A stretch of DNA of 64,000 nucleotides, taken from Octopus sinensis (Eukaryota). The number at the start of each line of letters is the position of its first letter. Within the stretch, counting starts at the first letter, position 1. The translations under genes were made by a program, and so were the position numbers. The stretch covers positions 129,704,001-129,768,000 of the forward strand of contig NC_042999.1 in assembly GCF_006345805.1 (NCBI RefSeq). Reading direction: 5' to 3'. The notes beneath the pieces are model-generated. The model had not been told where the DNA came from. It made no database searches and worked only from the letters and a program-made list of their open reading frames with translations. Below, in pieces: positions 39,274-51,600 of this stretch.

Positions 39274-42200
39274 CGATATAGTGTATATTTAAACACATAA
39301 GGAATCCACTTATAGGGATTATACATGCTAGAAAGAACAGCTAGGTTCTATAACCACAAAACCCTAGCTGTTATTTCTAGCATGTAGAATCCCTATAAGT
39401 GGATTCCTTATGTGTTTAAATATACACTATATCGTATGACTAATATATAGTCTTTTTGACTAAATTTTTTTACACGTTAGACCACTGGAAATCATCATCA
39501 TCATCATCATCATTTAGCGTCTGTTCTCCATGCTAGCATGGGTTGGACGGTTCAACTGGGGTCTGTGAAGCTGGAAGGCTTCATCAGGCCCAGTCAGATC
39601 TGGCAGTGTTTCTACGGCTGGATGCCCTTCCTAACGCCAACCACTCCGTGAGTGTAGTGGGTGCTTTTTACGTGCCACCCGCACAGGTGCCAGACAGAGC
39701 TGGCAAACGGCCATGAACGGATGGTGCTTTATATATATATATATATATATATATGAGTAAATGGATCTTTGCTAGTTTTAATGTGTATCTCAGCTGATCG
39801 ATCAGGTAGAATATACACTCATTGAATTAGCATGTAAGTGGTTGAATATTCCACACACACACACACAATGCATTTCGACATAATTTCTGTCTACCAAATT
39901 CACTCACAAAGCACTGGTTGGCTGATGCCATACTGGGGCACCAGCTTGAGGAATTTTTAGTCGAATGAACCCCAGTACTTCTTCATTTCCCTTCGATATG
40001 ATTAAATACTATATATATATATATACTGTAAGGATTTTAGTAAAATGAATATTGAAGCCAAGATAGAAAATTGTATTTTGAAAAGACAATATTTTGAAAT
40101 TTATAAGGCAGTGAGCTGGGAAAAATGTTAGAACGCCGGGCAAAATGCTTAGCAGTATTTCGTCTGTCTTTACGTTCTGAGTTCAAATTCCACTAAGATC
40201 AACTTTGCCTTTCATCCTTTCAGGGTCGATAAATTAAGTACCAGTTGCATACTGGGGTCAGACTTATAGACAAGCCCCCTCCCCAAAAATTTTGTGCCTT
40301 GTGCCTAGAGTAGAAAAGAATAGAAAATAATATTTTGAGATTTGTTTAAAACACTAATCTATGAACAATGCTAATTATAACAATTTTATCTTCTCATTGC
40401 AGATATCTTCCCAAAGTTTTGAATCTAGCTATTTTAGATTATGACAATATAAAACCTGCTGAATTCAGTTTCTCATCTAATTATTCCATTTGTCAGGTGA
40501 GATGTTCTCGTGTGTGTGTTTGTTTATGTACATATATTATTTGTTTGTTAGTGTTTGTATGAAACTGAGAATTCCACTGTTTTGGGGAGGATGGACTGGG
40601 AGTGATTAGTACAACATTTAGAGGAGAATAGAATGGAGGTGGCAAGTGAAGGGATTAGGGAGTCAGTAACAGAGGTGGAATGAGACAAACCAGCTCTGAG
40701 AAGCAAAAGGCACTGTAGTAGTACTAGAAAAGGCAGAGAGGCCAAAAGTTGGATTGTATTAGCAAGTGACTCAGTTGGCCATTTTTGGATGTGGTCCAGG
40801 ATATTTATGTGCATAACAGCAGCACCAGTCCAGATGTAGGAACAATACTCCATTTTGTATTTTAACCATCTTTGTAGAAATTTAACAATTTGTTGCAGGC
40901 ACATATTTTATGACCTTGAAAAGAAAGTCAGTAAGAAAATCAGTCTTTTCTATGTCAAGGCTATACATTCAGCAGGAGATTGTGCACTAACCCTTTAACA
41001 TTCAGACAACTCTGTCAAATGTAATGCTTATTTATTCACATTGGTTTCAATTAATCATGCATTATCTCCTAGTTTCAAGATTTTGAATAGCGTTGTAAAA
41101 TAGGTGTGAGAGGCCAGTTTGAACATAAAACAAGTAGAATATTTGGGCCAGATATGGCCAGTTTAAATGCTAAAGTGTTAACCTCAGTGACTGTGAACTC
41201 TCACATTTGTTGTCATCATCATCATCATCATCATCGTTTAACGTCCGTTCTCCATGCTAGCATGGGTTGGACGGTTCGACCGGGGTTCTGGGAAGCCAGA
41301 AGGCTGCACCAGGCTCCAGTCTAATCTGGCAATGTTTCTACAGCTGGATGCCCTTCCTAACGCCAACCACTCCGTGAGTGTAGTGGGTGCTTTTTACGTG
41401 CCACCTGCACAGGTGCCAGGCGAGGCTGGCAACGGCCACGGTCAGATTGGTGTATTTTATGTGCCACCGGCACGGAAGCCAGTCGAGGCGGTGCTGGCAT
41501 CGGCCACGAGTCGGATAGTGCTTTTCACGTACCACCAGACCAGGGATCCTGGCTGGTTCAATTCGATTTCGATTTCGCTTGCCCCAACATGTCTTCACAA
41601 GCAAAGGGGGTTGGCATGGGTGCCTGTCGTACGGTCGCATTGGAGTATTTTACGTGCTACGGCCACGAGTCGGATAGTGCTTTTTACGTACCACCAGGCC
41701 AGGGATCCTGGCTGGTTCAATTCGATTTCGATTTCGCTTGCCCCAACATGTCTTCACAAGCAAAGGGGGTTGGCATGGGTGCCTGTCGTACGGTCGCATT
41801 GGAGTATTTTACGTGCTACGGCCACGAGTCGGATAGTGCTTTTTACGTACCACCAGGCCAGGGATCCTGGCTGGTTCAATTCGGTTTCGATTTCGATTTC
41901 GCTTGCCCCAACATGTCTTCGCAAGCATGGGGGGTTGGCATGGGTGTCTGTCGTCGGATGAGGTTCTATATCGACTTCGCTTGCCTCAACAGGTCTTTGT
42001 GTCCAAGGGAGGAAAGGCATTCATAAGTGGGCTGGGCTCACTTGTCCTGCCTGGTCTTCTCACGTACAGAATATTTCCAAAGGTCGCGGTCGCTGGTCAT
42101 TTCCTCAGTGAGGCCTAAAGTTCGAAGGTCGTGCTTCACCACCTCGTCCCAGGTTTTCCTGGGTCTACCTCTTCCACGGGTTCCCTCAACTGCTAGGGAT

Positions 42201-45200
42201 TGGCACTTTCTCACACACCTATCTTCATCCATTCTCGCCACATGACCATACCAGCGCAATCGTCTCTCTTGCACACCACAACTGATGCTTCTTAGGTACA
42301 ACATTTCTCTCAAGGTGCTAACGCTCTGTCGAGTATGTACACTGACATTACACATCCATCGGAGCATACTGGCTTCATTCCTCGCGAGCTTACGCATGTC
42401 CTCAGCAGTCACGGCCCATGTTTCACTGCCATGTAGCATGGCTGTTCGTACACACGCATCATACAGTCTGCCTTTTACTCTGAGCGAGAGGCCTTTAGTC
42501 ACCAGCAGAGGTAGGAGCTCCCTAAACTTTGCCCAGGCTATTCTTATTCTAGCAGTTACACTTTCAGCGCACCCACCCCCACTACTGACTTGGTCACCTA
42601 GATAACGGAAGCTATCAACTACTTCTAGTTTTTCCCCCTGGAAAGTGACGGAAGTTGTTTTCTGCAGATTTTCGGAGGTTAATGCTCCCGAGCATCTGCC
42701 ACATACAAAAACTATCTTCCCAGTTAGCCTACCTTTGACATTGCTGCACCTCTTATGTGTCCATAGCTTACACTGGGTACATTTTATAGAGTTTCTACCT
42801 ACACCTTTTCTACAGATCGAGCAGGGCCATCTTCCTGAAGACATTTGTGGATTGTCTACCTTCCTACTTATTAGTACTTTGGTTTTAGCTAGGTTGACTC
42901 TAAGGCCCCTTGATTCTAAACCCTCCTTCCACACCTGGAACTTCTCCTCCAGTTCTGATAGTGACTCAGCAATAAGAGCAAGGTCGTCAGCGTAGAGGAG
43001 CTCCCAGGGACAGCCTGTCTTGAATTCCTCCGTAATTGCCTGGAGTACTATGATAAATAGGAGGGGGCTGAGTACTGAACCCTGATGGACCCCAACCTCT
43101 ACTTTGAATTCTTCTGTGTACATGTTGCCAACCCTAACCTTACTTACGGCATCTCTGTACATGGCTTGCACAGCCCTCACCAGCCATTCATCTATCCCTA
43201 GTTTCCTCATTGACCACCAGATAAGGGATCGGGGGACCCTATCAAAAGCTTTCTCCATGTCAACGAAAGCCAGGTACAGGGGCTTATCTTTGGCTAGGTA
43301 TTTCTCCTACAGCTGCCTTACCAAAAATTCTCAGTGAGTGCAGTTTATATTTAAGGAGGATGTGCTAATGTTTTCTTGATACATTCAAAGATTGTGTTTT
43401 AGTCACTAAAGAACAAGAAAAGAAGATTGATGACTTGATTCATAGACTTTCAAGGTAGTGTTTAACCCTTTAGCGTTTCAACCAGATATATCTAGTCTAA
43501 ATATTCTATCTGTCTTTTGGTGAAACTGACCCAATTTGGCCTCTCATACCTATTTAACAATTTAATTTAACAATCATCATCATCATCATCATCGTTTAAC
43601 ATCCGCTTTCCATGCTAGCATGGGTTGGACGATTTGACTGAGGACTGGTGAACCAGATGTCTGCACCAGGCTCCAATCTTGATCTGGCAGAGTTTTTACA
43701 GCTGGATGCCTTTCCTAATGCCAACCACTCCAAGAGTGTAGTGGGTGCTTTTATGTGCCAGTCAGATGGTACTGGCAACGGCCACGCTCAAATGGTGTTT
43801 TTTTTTATGTGCCACCTGCACAGGAGCCAGTCCAGCAGCTGGCAACGACCTCACTCAAATTTTTTTTCACGTGCCACCTGCACAAGTGCCAGTAGGGTGA
43901 AGCTGGTAACAATCACACTCAAATGGTGCTTTTTACGTGCCGTAATTCTAAAAATAAGCAATCACAACATCAAAATCTCAATGCTACGAGATGTATGATT
44001 AATTTAAAACAATTTGAATAAATAAGCATTATATTTGACAAAGTAATCTGAATGCTACAGGGTTAAAGTGATGGCCTTTCAGAGATTACAGTGATGGGAA
44101 AAAGCTTCCCTGGTTTTAGGAGTGGATGACTTTCTCCTGGCATTGTAGGCTGTATTCTTTGCCTGAACTGCTGCAGTGCAGTATCAAGTGAATCTCTTAA
44201 AGGATTTTTGGACTCTGAGTTTTGGTCTCCCACCTTGCTGTTGCTGATGACTTGGTGGTGAAGCCAAGGATAGTTAACAAAGAACAGGTGGAGCTTTGCT
44301 ATATGATGTTTTGGTACAGCTAATTTGGTTCTGCCTGCTTGGTGTTACAGATTTAACTCTCAACTGATTGAATCTCAGATGTTTTGTCCCACAAGACCTT
44401 TACGTGCCTCGAAAATTTCTGTTATGTGAAGAGAGATAACTTCATTTTAACTATTCCAGTTGATTAAATTCTTTCTCTCATACACTCTATTTCTCTCTCT
44501 TTCTTACACACACACACATGCACGCACTATATGTGTATGTGTTTTTTCTTTATGCTTATGTGAAGAGGAGATGCATTTGTAACAGTTTTTCTTGCTCTTT
44601 CTCTCTCTTTTTCTCTCTCTCTCTTTCTCTGCTTATGTGTGTGGGCATATTTCTCTGTTTGTGTATCTGTGTTTTTTTCTTTAATGTGTATGTGAAGAGA
44701 GGCCATGTTTGTAGCAGCTGAGATCATTTAATATTTCTCTCATTTTCTTGCTCTCTGTGCTTAGGTGTACGGGCATATTCCTTTATTTGTGTATATGTGT
44801 ATGTGTTTTATTTCTATTTGCATATGTGAGAAGGGGACACATTTGTAGCAGCTGTACCAAAAAGTACTGGTACCATAAAAGCCATTTCCAAAATGGGCAC
44901 AGTATTCAGTCAACTGTGCCAAATCACTTGTGTCCAAATGGCTGTGTCCTGCTGTTCAATTCCATGGAGTTTGTCTAATCAACTGACTTGAGTTCCCTAA
45001 GTCCAGGAAACGAACGCATTGTATAGTAGGTGATGTGTGGCAGGTTATCATGATAAGGTAGCAATATCTAGCACCTGCACATCTAAACGAAAGAACATAT
45101 CAACACACAGACATGTCGATTAAAAAATTACTTGGATAAATACTAGAGCCAGCATTACTGTTACTACCAGAGCCTCAAATTGAAATGCTGCAAACTGGTG

Positions 45201-48200
45201 GATTAAGGAGGCAATCCTCATCCAATCCACTATCAATAGCAAACAGGACTTGTACAAATCACATTGGCTAAACTAGCCACTCTCACTGGTTCTTCCCATA
45301 CAACACAAAATACAAATGTACTCCCTTTGCACTTCACACAGGCATGGCTTCTTCTTGACTTACTCTTTGACTAAGGTCATTTCTAGCTGAAATAATCAAG
45401 ATACTTAAATGTCTTATTCTTATTTGTATTCTTATTTGTAATTTATTCTCAGCTGCTTCGCCATGGCTTTCTAAAATTTATATATCAATGTATACGTTTT
45501 TATTAGCTACTAACTACTGAAGGATTAAAGAAAATGCAGCTGGTTTTAAAGTGTCAGCTTTGTCATCAGAATGCTATGATTGCTTCGATTCTGCAAGTTT
45601 CCAATTGTAACAATTTATCTTCCATTCAGGAAATTGAGTGAGTAATTCATTCTTCTCACTGCCATATCTCAAACACTTCTTCAACTTCTAATATTTTTTT
45701 ACAGTACTTTTCACATTCCCATATATGTTACTTTTAAAGAAAAAATGGATCAATTTGGCAATTTTCTATACTCCAAGAGACCGACATTTATTTGTGTAAA
45801 TATATAGAAAAAATGTGGAATCCACATGCTGTAGCAAAAACAACGAAAAAATGTGGAATCCACATGCTGTAGCAAAAACAACCAGTCTAGGAGAACAGTA
45901 AAACTAAGTAGAAACTTATTCAGGATAGAAATGGTGTTTTAGGCCTACCACACAGATAACCTTTTTAAAGCCAATGGCATGAGAAAATGTACCCAATCTA
46001 TATTGTAAAGTGGTTGGGATTCAGCCATAAACCCTATACCAAAAGATGCACATGACAGGCACAAAAACAAGGATTGGGCCTTTTTTTCAGTTGCGTTTTG
46101 TGTTATATGATGATGCTATATATCTTATATCAGGAATAATTGCATTGGCTACAGTGAAATTTCTGTTGGTAGCTCATAAAGAAAACTATTCCAGTAATAC
46201 TTTAAGACGTACAAAGCAAGTAAAAACTTTTACTGTCTGAAAATATCATTGACTAAAGTCATGTTGCCTACAAAAATGTATGATGTCTACAATTCCTGTG
46301 CCCTTTTTCAGTGATACTTCTAAATAGCTATGTATTTTACTTGTACTGAGAAAAATTCTTAATATATTTTTACACAAAGGGTAGATTGTGTGTATGACCC
46401 GATGTACCTCATTTTAAAGATTGAACCAATTGGATCATGTTTATATTTTTCTGATGCCCATCGTTCCTTTTACTGTTTTGATCTATTATCACAATGTGTT
46501 AGTTTTAATATATATCCAAATCAAACTATTCTTCAAGTTTACATAGTTGTGTCTTCCAATTATCTATCTTTTATCTTTTACTTGTTTCAGTCATTATTCT
46601 GTGGTCATGCTGGGGCACTGCCTTGAAGAATTTTAGTCAAACAAATCAATCCCAGTACTTTTTTTTTTAAGCCTTGTAATCTATTGGTTTCTTTCCCTGA
46701 ATTGCTAAGTTACAGGGATTACCAGTTGTCAAGCAGCGGTAGGAGATAAACACAGACATAAAAGTGTGTGCACATACACACACTCACACATATTTATATA
46801 TGTATATACTAGCAGTAATACCCGTCGTTGATTGGGTAATTACTTTTACAGCTTCTCGGACCGAGAAGCTAGGAAAATGGTTATATCATAGAGAAGAATA
46901 GCTTTACAGAATCCAGATGACTGCAATGGCACTAAAAAGGCTACAGTTTAAGTGGAACATCATTGTTCATATAGAAAAAGCATTGCATGTCGTGTGTTTC
47001 TTTGGTGTTCGTTTTTTGACGGTCTTTTTTTTAATACAAATTTTTTTTGGTTAGGAATATCAGTAAGTAATAGTGAAATGAAATTACTAATGCTGTGTCA
47101 GTGCACAATTAGTGTTGTACCATTGCATAGTTTTTGTTGATACAAATTAGGTAATTGCATGATAGAAAATTTAGAAAAAGCATAGTACATCATGCATTTG
47201 TTTGGTGTTTGACAGTCTATTTTTAGTAGACATTTTTTGGATTAGGAATATCAATAAGTAATAGTGAAATGAAATTACAAATGCTGTGTCCTGTCAGTGT
47301 TATTTCTGAAATTCCAATGCTATATTACAGGAATGGAAGGCAAGGCAACAGTAAGTAATATTCCAATGAAATTATGAATGCTGTGTCCTGTTAGTCATAT
47401 TTAGGTTTACTCGTCTTGTATGTGTGTATTATATAAGAAAAAATATGTAATAATTGGAGTAGAAAAAAGATGGATTTCATCTACAAACAAGTTCAAGTTG
47501 CAATCCAGCAACTTTTAGTGTTTGGTCCTGACTTTTATTAATGCTCATGGCAAAAGAAAGTGGGATAGGAAACTGTAAGGGGTTAAATTTGAATGGGACA
47601 TTAGATGGTATAACTGGTATGTGAGGAAAGAAGACAGTGTTACGTTTACCACAACCAGTGAGAATATTTGCCTCAATGCAGTTTGTCATAGGTTTGTGCA
47701 CAATTAGTGTTGCCACCCCCTTGAACCATTTACTTTCACTTTATGGGACAAACAAACACACAAACGGACAGAATCTCTCTTTTATATACATATAGATATA
47801 TAAAATATGTACAATGGGCTTCTTTCAATTTCCATCAACTAAATCCACTTACATGTCTTTGATCAGTCCAAGGCTACAGTAGAAAATTTGCCCTAGGTAC
47901 AATGCAGTGGGACTGAACCCAGAGCCATGTGGTTGGGAAGCAAATTTCTTACCATGTAGTCATACCTGCACCTATGTATATATAGGATTTCTGATTTCTA
48001 ATTATTTTAAATTTAAACATGTTTAAGACATGAAAATTGGATGAAAGGAATTCTGCTTTCTATCACACATGTAGCTATTGGTATTGATATTGATGGCTTT
48101 ATTATGGCTATTTCATGATATATAGCAGTTCTAATGTTACAGATACTCTGGCTTCTGAGAAGGAATAGTTTTGATATACCTCTGATTCTTATATTGCAAG

Positions 48201-48569
48201 TGTTTATGTTAGAGTCATAGTTTAGTAAATGTTTCATCTCAAAGACATTGAAAGAACATAGTAATGAAAGGTTTTGTGATTACTGATAATGAAATTGTTG
48301 ATGGATCTAGTAGAGATTATAGTTGTTTTTTTATGGGTTTTTTTCTTCAGAATCTACACTGATGTCATAGATATAGATTCTGAATCAATTGTCTATTGTA
48401 ATTTTATAATCCTACAAAAACCAATTCTACAAAACCAATATCTGCCCAAGTTTAGTTAAATAGTTAAGCAACAAAATTTTGCTTCAAAACTTTGTATGAC
48501 CTTTTAAATATCATAATTTATCTAATTCTTACATACTTTATATCTATATCATATAATAATAATAATAAT

Positions 48570-48605
<36 letters not shown>

Positions 48606-51600
48606 GATAAGACACAACACACACACTAGATAAGACAAAACACACACAAATGAAAGAGAAAATAAAAAAAGAATATTATAGACGAGTTAGATCAATACTA
48701 AAAACAGAGCTCAATGCTAAAAACAAGATAATAGGTATCAACACTTTAGCTGTCCCAGTTATAAGTTACAGCTACAATATCCTTAACTGGACACGAAATG
48801 AACTGACCAAAATAGATAGGAAAACAAGAAAAATAATGACAGGATCTAGGATGCATCTGACATAGAAAGACTATATATACAACGTATAGAAGGTGGTAGA
48901 GGCCTTATACAGCTGGAAAACTACTATAAAATAACCACCATAGGACTGCAAAAATATCTACTTCAGAAGGAAGGAAAACTGATCCAGATAGCAGCAAAAC
49001 ACGAGCAAAACAAAAAACTGTTCTCAGTATTTAAGGAAGCTGACAAATACAAACAAGAAATCATACCACCTAATAAACATGAAGAAGAAGAAGAAGAAGA
49101 TGAAGAAACAACAAAAGCTATAAAACAAATGAAATCCAAACTAAAAGTAGAACAGCAACGAACCATGATAAAACGATGGCAAGAAAAGCCCCTTCATGGT
49201 AAATACTGGACTAAACTAAATGCAAAAGAAATAGACAAAGAAAAATCCCAGCAATGGTTGAGAAGCTCAGGACTCAAAGCAGAAACAGAGGGATTTTTAA
49301 TTGCAGCACAATACCAAAGCCTCCCCACCAGAAATTACCAAAAACATGTAATGAAAAGAAATATTACAAGTAACTGCAGAATATGTGGAGATGGACAAGA
49401 AACAATAAATCATATTATCTCTAGCTGCCCAGTCCTGGCTAAGAAGGAATATATTCACAGACATGACAGAGTTGGAACCTACATACATTGGAAGCTATGC
49501 CAACATTATGGAATAACAACAGAAAAAAGATGGTATAGGCACACACCAGAAAAGGTCACAGAAAACGAGAAAGCAACCATACTCTGGGATATGCCGATAC
49601 ACACAGATAGAGAAATTAAGGCCAACAGACCAGATATAGTTGTCAGAGATCATGAAGAAAAAAAATGCTTTCTAATTGATGTATCAATACCGGCAGATGA
49701 CAATGTGTCTCTAAAAGAAATGGAGAAACTCTCAAAATACAAAGACCTGGAAATAGAGGTAACTAGAATGTGGAATCTGAAAACAGAAACAATTCCTATC
49801 ATAGTAGGTGCATTAGGCATGATAAAAAAATATTCAGACAAATACATAACAAAAACACCAGGACTTACAAACACATATAACATACAGAAAATTGCACTAC
49901 TAGGCACTGCACACATCCTACGCAGAACACTTTCCATACAATAACCATCAGAGCATCACAACAAATCACAGCACATACCCAAGGCACACAGAGCTGCGCT
50001 CGGTAGTGAAGTGAAAGCATGCTATAAAAATAAAACTACTGAATAATAATAATGAAATTATTGTATACAGTGCTCAGGTGCACTACAGCTTGTCAAAAGT
50101 GTGTATGACACATATGCAGTAATATACAAATGTCTGGAAAATGAACAGTGTATGAGTCAGATATAGGCTTGCATGTGTATAGAGGGGAGAAAATCAGGTG
50201 TAGTGTTGGCGAATCTCAGGAAGCATGGAAGTTTTGAAGGATGCAGTGCTCCGACAACTAACAACTGATGCCGGCAGTTTGTTCCATGCTTCAGTAACCC
50301 TTAACATGAAAAAATGTTTCCAAAAGTCATGGGAGCTGTGCTGTTTTCTGACTTTGTAAACATGTCCATGAGTCAAGTTTCAAAAGGTGCTCAGAGTTAT
50401 TGTTAGTAAGATGGTTAATAATTTTATGGGTGTCTGCCAAGTCAGTTGCCAGATGTCAGAGTTTCAATGTATCCATGCCCAGGGAAGTAAGGCATTCAGA
50501 ATATGGCAGATGCCTGATGGAGGGTATTCTCTTGGTTGCACATCACTGAACAGTTTCCACATGATTAATATCCTGGGCAAGATAGGGGTTCCAGACAGTG
50601 ATGCAAATTCCAGGTGAGGCCACACCATAGCTATATGTAGCCTCAAATAGATAGCCAGAGAGTGGCTCACAAAGGACTTGGTAAGTGATGCCAAGACACC
50701 TTCAGCCTTCTTGGCAATTTTAGCAATGTGTTTTGTCCAACGCAAATTGCTGTCGACAATGTACACTTTATATAACAGTTTCAGTTACAATTAAAGCAAA
50801 CAAAATTTTCAGCATTTTATTCCTATAGTATACATATTTTCATTAACCATGTTTAGAAGACAAACTACATTAAGAATATATTTTTTTGTATTTTCCCTTT
50901 GCTTCAGTTGTATCTAAATTATATGTTCTATTCATGTATAATCATATTTGTCAATTTGTCATGTATTATTGTATTATTACATTGTAACTTACTGTACTAT
51001 TCCCTTAGTCAAAAGAATCAAGTGCAACCCAATGAGAAGACTTGTAAATTGAGTGAATCCAAAGCTAGTGTTACTCCTCAGAAAACTGTCTTTTCTGAAT
51101 CATTTGTCTCTGTCCAGTTTATCAAGGTAACATTTTTTTTTTTGCCCTATTGTTTTGTACATGTCTATTGTTTTAGAAATCTTGTCAAAAACCTTTTTAA
51201 AAATTGAGGAAAGCCAACAAATATTAGTTTTGAAAACTTCTGTCTTGGAAAAAAAGTTTTCTTTAATCATTTTTTAAAACACAAAAGCTTTTTTTATTAT
51301 TTTGGATATTGGATCATTGATGAAGTATTTTCTCTTATATTTTGAGTCTCAGATTCCACAGTCTTTGACAAATTTCTTCACTTTTCTTCACCCAGTTGTT
51401 ATCTACATTCAACCACAACTGAATATATTTTGTTTGGATTATTATTCTATGACAATTTTGATAAAAAAACTTATTTAAGAGGCAGTTATTAAAGAATATT
51501 AAAAGGATGCTTTGAGTTTTACCAACTTATATATTTTTGATTATTACAATAAAATTGAATATATTTTATATTATATAGTTAGTATGATTTTGAAATATAG

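Noticed and set aside
41254-42026. ORFs with 53-aa repeats
   Set aside because: A consequence of the 159-bp (3 x 53) UTR tandem repeat
46091-46219. Candidate cassette exon with a good acceptor and donor ([12 protein letters not shown]...)
   Set aside because: Open only in phase 0, while the host intron is phase 2, where it hits TAA; at most a poison or cryptic exon, unsupported
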